Shown here: in pieces, positions 1 through 12,044 of the stretch
Layout of the letters: the number at the start of each line of letters is the position of its first letter
Position numbering within the stretch: position 1 is the first letter of the stretch
NCBI RefSeq assembly: GCF_036321535.1
Contig: NC_087437.1
Location: 3,410,001-3,474,000 of the forward strand
Origin: Camelus dromedarius
Lineage: Eukaryota
Reading direction: 5' to 3'
Length of the DNA stretch: 64,000 nt
Notes under the pieces: generated by a model
What the model saw: the letters and a program-made list of their open reading frames with translations, nothing else
Databases searched by the model: none
What the model was told of the DNA's origin: nothing
Translations under genes and position numbers: made by a program

Positions 1-214
1 TGTTCTTAGTCTGTATTTTTGTTGTTTTAATCTAGTTTAGAAATTCTCTAGGAGTCAGTTTGATTGAATCCACATTTAGTTTTTTACCGGGGCCTAGCAA
101 AACATGGGGGAGAACATTTTAATGGCTTATATCTTACTTGCATGTTGGTTTCATGGGTACTCTTTGAAATTGAAGGTACTATGTAAAAAGTGCAAATGTG
201 GTTCTCTCCTTTAG

Positions 215-292
215 GATGTTGCCAGAGTCTGGCCTGGAGCTAAAATGCCGGGACCCCTGGGGAACATCGACAGGACAGCATTTGGACTGAGA
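215..292 (+). CDS. MRPL3: MRPL3 (mitochondrial ribosomal protein uL3m) internal coding exon, third from last
   Basis: ttctctcctttag acceptor and gtaagt donor. 78 bp, phase 0, encodes [26 protein letters not shown], matching the uL3 'RVWPGxKMPG' motif. Confidence 0.96.
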
Positions 293-867
293 GTAAGTGT
301 CTGCAGTGGCCCTTTTAGGGATGGTGACAGCAGTGCCCCAGGGCAGAGGCACGGGACTCCGTATTTTCTTTATGGGGTGGTCTTGGTCATGTGTGTTCAT
401 TTAATTTCCAAGCCATTGAATATGCACGCATTAAAAAGGAAAATTAGTTGTCTGCTGTTTGATCTGGAAGGTTTCCATAGGGTGGTGTTGCACGAAAGAA
501 AATTCTGAGCATTGCGTTCAGTAAGCGCTCTGACAGAGTAAACAGGAGCCCCACGTGTATGTGCCGCTGAGCCCCATATAAGCACAGAGACTGGACGGTT
601 ACACACCAGAGTACTTTGAGTAAATGTCAAATGTGTGGGTGCATGTAGGAGACAGTTAAAACAGGGAAAGGTAGTACTAAAAAAAAGCATTATGGCATAT
701 ACATCCATTTTTATAGAATGATTATGTGTTTAACTTGAGGAATATATGTGATATCTAAGTGAAAATGAGTTGAACCATAATAGGTGTCATATATTTTTAT
801 GAAAACTCACGTGTACACATGTATGAAAAGCATACAAAGTTCAAAGAAGGAAATAAACCACTGGGAA

Positions 868-885
868 GAGCGCCCCCTAGAGGGA
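868..885 (-). promoter_or_regulatory. CTCF-like motif in MRPL3 intron
   Basis: Reverse complement TCCCTCTAGGGGGCGCTC resembles the CTCF core CCACCAGGGGGCGC. Confidence 0.45.
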
Positions 886-1547
886 ACCACTGGTAAATGA
901 CAGTTTGGTGCGTATTCTTCCAGCGTCTGTTCTAGGTGTGCTTTAGTTATAAATTTTGACCAGCATAAAGTTTTGTAAATTTTATATAGTGTGAGATTTT
1001 TTTCCCCTCTCCTATTGCTTTTATACTTGCCAGAGACACCTATTTGTGTCCGTGTGTGCACGTGTGTACAGGAGAGAGACTTCAGTCTCCAGAGGATTTA
1101 GTATTTAGCCATAATTACGTACGAGCTATGGGTCAGGCTTGATTCCCCCCCCCCCAAATGTTTTCTCCATGTGACGATCTGTTTGAAAACCATCTGCTCA
1201 GCACACTGTTTAAAAATTAGACCCAGAGACGTAGTGGCTTCCTAGTTCCTAGTTGCAGCAAGCTAGTATTGACTAATTAAAAATAAAAGTTTCCGCTTGT
1301 TAATCTTTCTGGCACCAGAATGTTGAGACATGAGTTTTCTGCCCTGTCCATGAGATGTCCCTGCTGTCCTTACAGCACACGTCGTCCGTGGGACCTGAGT
1401 TTTTTCAGTTCTCATTGAGCATTTTGAGTTGCTAACATGATTAGGACTTTACAGGCTACTTAGAGCCTAGGATTATGTTTGTTTTAATGTAATTATACTT
1501 TCAAACTTTTAACTCTTACTTAAAGTTTGATTTCATTTCTACTTTAG

Positions 1548-1760
<213 letters not shown>

Positions 1761-2111
1761 TGAGTGAAAAAAAACTGCGTGAAAAAAAACTGCACAAAAT
1801 AATCTTTAGTCTATGTCTCTAAAACTATGAACCTGCAAGAGGGGTCCGAGGACCAGTAAGCACAGAGCTCTTCATAAATACAGAAGGGATATTAGGAGAA
1901 GGAGTACAAGACACATAGGGCACCTTCCAAGGGCACCTTCCAGAATATCAGGATATCTCTGTCCTTCAAAAAAATAACTTTTTCAAGAGTACTTTGACAC
2001 AGGAATTGGAAATATATGGGTAGAAGTTAAATGAAAATCAACAAGAAGGGTGGCTTAAGACTTTTTTTTTATTGCACTTAACTGCATTGTGTTTTGCAGA
2101 ATATTGAGTTG

Positions 2112-4206
2112 TTTTTTTGTTGTTGAAGTACAGATGATTTACAGTGTTGTTAGTTTCAGGTGTACAGCATAGTGATTCAGTTATATATATATATACATAT
2201 GTATTTTTTCTTTATAGGTTATTACAAGATACTGAATATAGTTCCCTGTGCTGTGCAGTAGAACCTTGTTTATCTATTTTATATACATTAGTTAGTAATC
2301 CCGAACTCCTGATTTCTCTCTCCCCACCCCCTTTCCCCCCAGTTAACCGTAAGTTTGTTTTCTATGTGAGTCTTTCTGTTTTGTAAATAGGTTCGTTTGT
2401 GTCATATTCTAGATTCCACATATAAGTGATAGCATATGGTATTTTTCTCTCTTTCTGGCTTACTTCACTTAGAATGATGATCTCCAAGGTCCATCCATGT
2501 TGTAGCAAATGGCATTTTTTTATTCTTTTTTATGGCTGAGTGGTATTCCATTGTATAAATATACCGCAGCTTCTTTATCCAGTCATCTCTTGATGGACAC
2601 TTAGGTTGCTTCCATTCCTTGGCTCTTGTAAATAGTGCTGCTGTGAGTATTGGGGTGCATGTGCCTTTTTGATTTAGAGTTTCTTCAGGACACAAGCCCA
2701 GGAGTGGGACTGCTGGATCACAGGGTAAGTCTGTTTTTAGTTTTCTGAGGAATCTCCATACTGTTTTCCATAATGGCTGCACCAAACTACATTCCCACCA
2801 GCGGTGTAGGAGGGTTCCCTTTTTCTCCATACCCTCTCCAGCATTTGTCATTTGTGGACTTCTGAATGATGGCCATTCTGACTGGTATGAGGTGATACCT
2901 CATTGTAGTTTTGATTTGCATTTCTCTGATAATTAGCGATATTGAGCGTTTTTTCATGTGCCTATTGACCATATGTATGTCTTCATTGGAGAATTTCTCA
3001 TTTAGATCTGCCCATTTTTGGATTGGGTTGTTTGTTTTTTTGTTATTAAGTTGTATGAGCTATTTATACATTCTGGAAATTAAGCTCTTATCACATCATT
3101 TGCAAATATTTTCCCCCATTTTATAGGTTGTCTTCTTGTTTTGCTTATGGTTTCCTTTGCTATGCAAAAGCGTGTAAATTTAATTAGATTCCCATTTGTT
3201 TATTTTTGCTTTTATTTCTATCGCCTGGGTATATTGCCCTAGAACATTGCTAAGATTTACGTCAGATAATGTTTTGCCTATGTTTTCTTAGATTTATAGT
3301 ATCTTGTCTTATGTTTAAGTCTTTAAGCCATTTTGAGTGTGTGGTGTGAGGGAATAGTCTAAGTTCACTGATTTACATGCAGCTGTCCAGTCTTCCAACA
3401 CCATTTGCTGAAGAAACTGTCTTTTTCTCCATTGTATATTCTTGCCTCCTGCCTCCTTTGCTGAAGATTGATTGTAAGCGTTTGGGTTTATTTCTGGACT
3501 CTCTGTTCTGTTCCATGATCCTTTTGTCTGTTTATTGATTTGGCAGTTCCAGGGCTTCTGTGATTCCTTATAAATTCAGGATTATTTTTCCTACATCTGT
3601 GAAAAATGTCCTGAGTAATTTGGTAAGAGTTTGTATTAAATCTGTAGATTGCTTTGAGTAGTATGGCCACTGTAACAGTATTAATGCTTCCAATCCAAGA
3701 ACATGGGCTAGTTTTACGTCTTTAATTTCCCTTATTGATGTTTTATAGTTCTCAGCATATAAAATCTTCACCTCCTGGTCAGGTTGATTCCTAAGTATTT
3801 TATTGTTTTGGATGCAGTTTTAAAAGGGATTGTTTACTTTCCCTTTCTGACATTGTTAGTGTAAAGAAATGCAACAGATTTCTCTGTTAATCTTGTATCC
3901 TTGCTGAATTCTTTCTTTTATCAGTTCTAGTAGTTTTTGTGTGGTGTCTCTAGAGTTTTCAGTATATACTATAGTATCATCTATATATAGTGATAATTTT
4001 ACCTCTTTTCCAATTTGGATCCCTCTTCCTTGTCTGACTGCTATGGCCGGGACTTCCAAGACTTTGTTGAATAGAAGAGGTGAGAGTGGGCGTTCTTGTT
4101 CCAGTTTAGCAGAAAGGCTTTCAACTTCTCATCATTAAGTATTATGTTATATTGGTTGTGGGTTTGTCATAAATAGCTTTTATTAATGTTGAGATACGTT
4201 CCCCTG
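2112..4206 (-). mobile_element. 5'-truncated L1, antisense in the last MRPL3 intron
   Basis: Minus-strand ORF2 C-terminal peptides ([40 protein letters not shown]) and an RT remnant (VKLSLYIDD). L1 3' UTR lies at the low-coordinate end. Confidence 0.93.
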
Positions 4207-6996
4207 TTAAGGTAGACATTTTAAGATGTATTATTACTACTAGCATTGCTCTGATTACACATTTAAGTGTTTTCCTTTAAAAATTCATGTTCATTTTTGT
4301 GTTCAAAACAAAGAAAACATTTTACAGGATCGATTTGAAAAAAAAGTTCTTAAGGTCTCCGACTTATTTCTATCAAGTAAACTGCAAAATATTATTCTGC
4401 CTGGGCTTTAAGCCAACGTAATACAAAGTGAGAGCTCACTTCTGAATTTTAGTCTTCCATTCTCCATTCTGAAAATAAATTTGTAATAGAAGTGGTATCA
4501 GCAGTTCCCAGAAATAGATCCTTCACTATTTGTCCAACAGTAGTAACAAAAGTAGGTTGAAACTTGGATTTGTCAGATGGGGTCTTTTTCTATGTATTCT
4601 TTTCATTTCTTAAGGTAGGTTCCATTACTAGGACAGGTACAGTATTTTAATCTTACAGTAATTAACATTCCCTTTTTAGAACTCTTCACTTGGATTATTC
4701 TCATTTTCCTTAAAGAAGAAATGCATTTGATTAATGCTTAGAAGATTTTTTGGGTTTTGGTGGGTTTACGTAAGTTTCCAGTGTCCAGGTGACCCAGTCA
4801 CATATGCAGTGACAGTGGTGGAAGCCGGCAGGGGTGACCAGGTCAGCTGTGTTCAAAACGGCCACGTGTTCAATGGTTCTGATCCGGATGTTAGAGACAG
4901 TTTATAACCAACAGAATTCATTACTCAGGTTTCCCGCCCACTTCCCTATGATGGGTGAGGGCCTGCTGTCACTGAAGATGGCAGTTCTACAAGAGGAGTC
5001 CAGACACAGCCTGAGACACCACAGCATCAGAGCAATGTCTAGGCACTTTGAACTTTTAACATTCTAGTGAATGTGTTTCCAACAAATTTTGATAAATCTT
5101 TTAACTCTCTTGTAACCCTAAATGTCCATCCCAAACATTAGGTGTGGGGGTTTGGGGAGTGTCTTACATGTTCTCTGAAGATTCACCCACTGTTCCACTC
5201 TCCCAGGGGTCGCCCAGCAGGGGGATAAGCCCCTTGCCCTTGGAGGCTGAGGCTGCCTGCTGGGCGAGCGGCCTCCTCAGCGCCCGCTCCCTCCAGGGGA
5301 CCTCATGGCTCCTCAGAGTACAGGGCACAGGGCTGCTGGGAACTGTGTTCTTCACTCAACTTAGTAAGCTCGTCTCAGGGCTGACCAGCCTGTTTAGCTA
5401 ATGTAAGCTTTGTGTGGTCTGGATTCACTAAATGCACTTAGAGCATCCGTCGTGTGTTAGTGATGCTGACATATTTGACATATTTGCATGTCATGTCCCT
5501 ACAGCCTAATTTATAATTTAAGTTTATTTTCAGATTTGCCTGGTTTTTTTGTGCTTTTTTGTGCTTCCTACGCTCACCTTTCCTCAAAGGATTTGGACTG
5601 CTTTGCTAATACACATAGATATAAAAGAACGAGGTAGATAGTCGAGGGAGTCCTGAAGGCAGGGAAACACTAAAGTCGGGGTGAGAGTGACCACACACCT
5701 ACCGTAGTGTCATGCACATTCCTTCAAGGGGGACCGCCCCATTGTAGGTGAGATGTCAGCATTTGTGTTTCAGATCAGTGCATTGCAGGACTGTGGCAGT
5801 GACCTTCAAATAGGTAAGTACTGCGTCCGTCCCAAATGTTCCTCAGCTAGGACAGAGCTGTAAAACGTCCGTGCCTGAGGATGCAGTTATCAGATGAGCA
5901 CATAATGTTTTTTGTGTTTATTTGCTTGGGTTTTATTTTGAGTTATAAATTCTGAGATAAATTGGTAAGAATGTAACTTGTTTTTTCCAAGTTCAAGTTT
6001 AACCCAAGATTAGGAATTGGAGAAAAAAATAAACAAGTTTATTCTCTTCTGGGCAACTTACTAGTAATTTCTTGAAACAATTTTAATGAGAAATTCTGTA
6101 CTTAGCTATTCCTCGCTGCTGTGTACTTTTACTTCAACCAAATACTTCAACCAATCATTCTGGTAGTAAGAAATGAGTAACCTTTACTCTGTATAACTTA
6201 TGTCTAATGTTTTATTTCTCTGAATGGATGCTGTCTGTAGAATGAGTCAAACTTTGAAAACTCTAGTAATGTTTTCCAAAAATCAAGAAAAATTCTAGAT
6301 CATATCAATATTTGCACTGTTTCTCAGTTTATGAATTTACAAATGTAGTTAGATTTTTAGAACGTAGAGTTATAGAGCTGTTTTAAAGACTTATGGGTTT
6401 ATTATTTTTGTTAAATACTATTCTGTCCTTAGCTTGTCAATGAGAATATGACTTGTTAAATTTACATGGTGTTTTTGTTGGTCAGAATTAAGAGCACATA
6501 ATTCAAAATAAGTTTTAGTAATAGGACAATTAGCATGTATTTAACACAATACAAAAAAAATCTATGATAGAAAATAAAAACAGATGGTATGAGTAGATGA
6601 TAAAATCAATACATAAGAAGTAGATAGTAATACCTTTTAAGTGTGTCAGTTCTTTATATTTGAAAAATCAGTTGAGATATAATTGGTATTTATGTAGTAA
6701 TTGTAGAATATAATTTATCCTGTTGGGCAGTTCTAGTTACAGGTAAAGTCTAATCAGAGTTGTTTTACTCTTAGGAGATGGCTGGCTAACTTGAGGATGG
6801 TTGCCTTTGTGTCATTGGATGAATTGAATTTTGGGGGGGGATAAAAAATACACATTGAGTTTCTTTTACTTTATATATAAACAGCTGTGTTATTCACATT
6901 AGAAAATGTAGGAACAGATATTCCTTGATTATGAGTAAAACATGCTGACTTAATTGGTATCACTTATTAGTAAGAGCTTTGCCTCCTCCCCCTCAG

Positions 6997-7149
6997 ATCA
7001 AAGACTCCATACTGCCTGCGCATAAGGATTTGGGTAAAAATCTGCCATTCCCTACGTATTTCCCTGATGGAGATGAAGAGGAGCTACCAGAGGATTTGTA
7101 TGATGAAAGCGTGTGTCTGCCCGGAGCCCCATCCCTTACGTTTGCCTGA
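6997..7149 (+). CDS. MRPL3: MRPL3 last coding exon to stop codon
   Basis: cctccccctcag acceptor. Encodes [50 protein letters not shown] then TGA at 7147-7149, the MRPL3 C-terminus. Confidence 0.97.
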   Translation: MKDSILPAHKDLGKNLPFPTYFPDGDEEELPEDLYDESVCLPGAPSLTFA

Positions 7150-7490
7150 CCTCGCAGCTGGGGAGTTCTGATGAGCAGGACGGGGGTGTAACCAGGAACT
7201 GCGTTCTCCCAGTTACAGCACACTTACTGTCTTTGTCAAGGGCATAAATACACGTATCATTCATCCCCCAATTGAGTTGAATTTTGTTCAAAAAAATTGC
7301 CACATTACACATAAATCAGTTAAGTAGATTGAATATGCACATTCAGATACACTGGAAGTTTGCATATTAGCAAAATCTTTGTAACTTGTGAGCTGCTTTT
7401 TTTTTAAACTATGTATTTGTCACAGTATCCTAAATGTTTATAAATTTAACATCTTTTACTAAAGAAAGTTGTCTGTCTTTGTGAAAGGGT
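7150..7490 (+). other. MRPL3: MRPL3 3' UTR with candidate variant poly(A) signal ACTAAA (7458-7463)
   Basis: Follows the stop codon. No AATAAA/ATTAAA occurs before the L1. ACTAAA is followed by the GU/U-rich gttgtctgtctttgtg. The end is inferred. Confidence 0.55.
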
Positions 7491-7524
7491 GGCTGTCAAG
7501 CTGCATCAAATCAATATGGGGATT

Positions 7525-8738
7525 CCCACAAACCTGTGGTCAACTAATCTTCAAAGGAGGGGGCAAAAATATACCATGGAGAAAAGACAAGTCTCTTCAG
7601 CAAATGCTGTTGGGAAAACTAGACAGCCACATGGAAATCAATGAAGTTAGAACACTCCCTCACACCACACACAAAAATACTCTAAATGGCTTAAAGACTT
7701 AAACATAAGACAAGATAACATAAAACCTCTAGAAGAAAACACAGGCAAAACCTTCTGGCATAAATCATAGCAGTGTTCTTCTCCTAGGGCAGCCTACTCA
7801 GGTAACAAATAAAAGCAAAAATAAATAAATGGGACTAATCAAACTTAAGCTTTTGCACAGAAAAGGAAACCATAAGCAAGACAAAATGACAATCTGTGGA
7901 ATGGGAGAAAATATTTGCAAAAGATGAGACTTGTCTGACAAGGGCTTAATCTCCAGAATATATAAACAGCTCATACAACTTAAGAAAAAAGCAAACAACT
8001 CAATCCAAAAATGGGCAGAAGATCTAAATGAGAAATTCTCCAATGAAGACATACAATGGCCAATAGGCACATGAAAAAATGCTCAATATCACTAATTATC
8101 AGAGAAATACAAATCAAAACTACATTGAGGTATCACCTCAAACCAGTCAATGGCCATCAGTCAAAAGTCCGGGAATGATAAATGCTGGAGAGGGTGTGGA
8201 GAAAAGGGAGCCCTCCTGCACTGTTGGTGGAAATGTAGTTTGGTACAGATGTTACAGAGAACAGTATAGAGATTCCTCAAAAAATGTAAAATAGACTTAC
8301 CATATGATCCAGCAATCCCACTCCTGGGCATATATCCAGAAGGAACCCTAACTCAAAAAAGACACCTGCACCCCAATGTTCATAGAAGCACTATTTACAA
8401 CAGCCAAGACATGGAAACAACCTAAATGTCCATCAACAGATGACTGGATGAAGAAGCTGTGCTACATTTATACAATGAATACTACTCAGCCATTAAAAAG
8501 AATGAAATAATGCCATTTGCAGCAACGTGAATGGACCTGGAGATTATCGTACTAATTGAAGTAAGTCAGAGAAAGACAAATATATCACTTATATGTGGAA
8601 TCTGAAAAATAGGACAAATATATTTACAAAACAAACAGACTCATGTAGAAAATAAACTTATGGTTACCAATGGGGAAAAGGAGGGGGGATAAATTAGGAG
8701 AGGAGCTGAGATTTACAGATACAAACTATATACTATAG
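7525..8738 (+). mobile_element. L1 3' fragment immediately downstream of the MRPL3 3' UTR
   Basis: ORF2 3' sequence (PQTCGQLIFKGGGKNIPW; agacatggaaacaacctaaatgtccatcaacagatg) plus a partial 3' UTR. Confidence 0.92.
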
Positions 8739-9769
8739 TCCCCATATGATTTTTTGGTTGTTAAACCTATTTAGGTAAACCATTTTCTAAGCCCTAAAAA
8801 GAGAAGGGAATTGATTTTTATTTAAATTATAGAAACATGTATGTCACAGTTAAAGGCCTGTCAAGGCCAATAAAAGCATAAATTAAGGCCCTTATTTACA
8901 CTCCTGTTGGGAGGCATAGCTGTTTTTAGTTAGATTACTCAACTGTAAGATGGGTGAAATTACTTTTCCTGATACTTTCCAAAAAGGATTTTAAATGGCC
9001 TGGTTTTGTACATTCTACAAATTAATCACTTGTTACTCAAAAGTGTTAATGGCTGCTGGATTTCTCTTCATTGCATGAAATGAAAATCTGCTTACCAATG
9101 GCTACTTATGACAAATAATGAAGCTTAACAGTCTACGTATACATAAGCAGGCCTCATTTAACTGCTCCATTTCCTCTGGACTATACTGGGGACCCACAGA
9201 ATATAACAACTCCAGATGTCTCCTGAGACGTGGGTCACATGGCCACTCAAGTGTCAGGTCTCCATGTGCTCTTCTGATCACTAAGGAATTTGTTACTTAG
9301 CAGGTCAGCAGTCATTTCCTGCCCATGTTCTGTTTCTCTCATTCTCAATTTTAAATCCAAATGTAGCTACATCTCTTTTAAAAGTTTTCATTTATGCTTC
9401 ATCTCATTTCATTAATGATTTGTGGCCACTGACAAGAGATCCATGCCTTAAACTAGTAAAGTAAGGGGAAAACGTGTTGGATGATATACGTGAGAGTAGG
9501 TGGGCGGTGGGAAGGAATGGTGCCAATATAATACAGGTGGGCAGGCTGTGCAGTTATTTTACTTGGTGTGGCTCTAAGCTCCCAGGGTGCCAAAGGAAAG
9601 CAAGTAACAATCTGTTATGTATTTCTCTTTCTTTAATCATGAGTTCCTCAAGAGGAATCATTTTAAATTGTAGTTAAGTCTTAATAGCATGCCTTTTTTT
9701 AAAAATCAAAAACAAATATAACTTACCAAGCTAGAAATTCCTGATTTTGTTAAAAGATGAGCAAACATC

Positions 9770-10370
9770 ATATTCAGGGGTAAAATACTAGACACACTCT
9801 AGTCAGCAATCAAACAAGGATACTTTCTACTGCTTCTTTTCAGCGATGTACTTGGAGATCTTCACCAATGTAGGTAGACAAGAAAAAGAATGATATAAAT
9901 ATTGGAAAGTGAGGACAAATCTCATTTCTAAGGAATATGGTCAATCTACTAGAAAATCAGTCTATTGATAGAACTGTCAGAGCCAATGAAGACAGTTCTG
10001 GTGACCAAATGTAGCCTTAACATACAAACATATAACAGCGGTATTTAACTGGAAAATTACATGGGAGGAAAATGGATACCGTCCACAATAGCAATTTTAA
10101 AAAAGGTTACTGAGGAAGAGGCCTGACAACCATGCTGATGTCTTATTGGAGAAGATGAAACATTGAAGGACATGAAAGAAAATTTAAATAATGGAGAGGA
10201 CATGAAAGAAAATTTAAATAATGGAGAGGAGTGTCATGGCTATGAATGAGACGACCTAATGCCATGGAGAAGTCAGTTCAGTTCTATTTTTAGAATCTCA
10301 AAAGGACTTACTATAAAACTGTTAAAACTGATTCTAAAATTATGTGTAAATGCAATAATAACCAAACTTA
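9770..10370 (+). mobile_element. Ancient, highly decayed L1 ORF2 fragment
   Basis: Degenerate RT-region sequence (aacaaggatactttctactgc...tacttggagatcttcaccaatgtaggtagacaagaaaaagaa). Confidence 0.6.
10167..10230 (+). repeat. Perfect 30-bp tandem duplication
   Basis: catgaaagaaaatttaaataatggagagga twice (10171-10200, 10201-10230). Confidence 0.95.
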
Positions 10371-12044
10371 AAATGGTACCCATTAGTTAGGTATGTCCCG
10401 TACCATGCTTAGTGATTATTTATACTTACTTAACTTTGAAATTCAGAATGCCTTAATTGCACTCCTTTAATTATCTGCATTTGACCAAAAGACTTCAGTG
10501 AACTTACAGTTGGGTCAAGATTGCTGATGAAGGCGTGGGAAGCAGCTGTTCCCCTGCTAGACAGAAGAATGCTACGGCTGGGAGAATGTAAAATCCTGTT
10601 TCTGAATAAAAGCACCTACAGAGGTAGAGGGAAAGGAATCCCAGCCTCTAAAAGCTGCCAGATGACAGGAGAGTGAGTGGAACCTGACTGTCTAAGGACC
10701 GTTTCCACAGCTGCTGGCCGGGGCATGCGGGGTCGTGGAGAAGGCAGGGCGCCCCCTCCCCAGCCATCGCTGTCTGCCTCTAGAGTCTGCACGTCGACTG
10801 TGTACCGCATGTGAGTTATAAGGACAAATTTTAGGATCATCTTTTAGGATCTTTCAAAGCCGGACCAGGGCAGAACATGCACCCCTACCCCCAGTCCCCA
10901 CTGCCAGCACCTGTCTCCAAGGACGACCAGGCCCCGTTCCTGTGGACGTTCAGTGGCCAAGAAGCTGCGTTCTGCTGAGCCCAGTGGAAGAGGGCGGCGC
11001 CTTCTCTACGCTGATGGGACACAAACGCCAAAGTCCGCCTGGTCCTACAAACACTAAGCAAAACACAACACATGACTTTCTAGGAACCGTGGGTCTCTAT
11101 TTCTGGCCGCAGCCCCTGTCAGTCATCACATACTCACCCGAGGGCAGTGGAACTTGGCCTACTGTGGGTAAACAGTACACGGTCCCCCCCGTTTGGAGCC
11201 CAGGGTACTAGTGGTGACTCCTGAGCAGTGTTGACCTTGGGCAGCTGTGAAGCCGTGGCTCCCACACAAGTCCTGGTCTGGGCCTGAACTCGATCCCCTA
11301 TTAGATTTTACCTTGAAAAGAGGAAACTTTTTGTAACCAAATGTCCCTCAGATTAGACCTGTGTTCCAGCCTTGGTTGGTACTATCAGTTGTAAGACAGG
11401 TTAATAAATACAGAACATGGTATAAATTCTGTAGGCCTCAGGAAGGCCAGATGGTCCAAGCAAACCTGCTTTGAGAGCTACAGTAAGTACTGGTTGTCCT
11501 TTCTTTCCAGGCCCTTACCTTACTGATGAGTGGAGCTGAAGTTGAAATGCCAGCGTGGGCGAGTCCTGTCGTTATGGAGGGCCCTGGCACGGGGTGAAAC
11601 TGGGGTGATGCCAGCTGTCACAACACTGAAGTGTCAGTGGAAGTGTTTCCCACAGCAGCTGTTAGGAGATTAAGTATTTCAGAGGCAATACCTAGTGGTT
11701 TTTGTAACCTTTTATGCTGAGACACAGACCTGCTTTTCAACTTTTCACGAGGGGTGGAATATAAGGGTGATTTTTACAGCTTATTTCCAAAGATAAATTT
11801 GTGAGTGGAACCTGACCGTCTCAGGACATGATGAAATATGTAAGAACTATGGAGTTTTGTAACGTGGTCTTTATATGTTTAATGTAGTAGCTGTTCTGAC
11901 GGACACGGACACACACACACACATTAAGGCAGGCAGTCTGCATTTCTGAAATTGCAGGACACCTTTCATCAGTCTGTGGGAGACCTTGTTTTACATTCAG
12001 CAGCTTACCCTGTTTAGTAATCAGAAGGCCCCCTCGTTAGATTA

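Noticed and set aside
245..508. ORFs 245-508 and 1548-1763 as standalone genes
   Set aside because: They are MRPL3 exons read through into introns. Homology ends at the GT donors.
2062..2112. Tigger1-like terminal fragment
   Set aside because: Only ~45 bp of low-complexity similarity, too weak to call.
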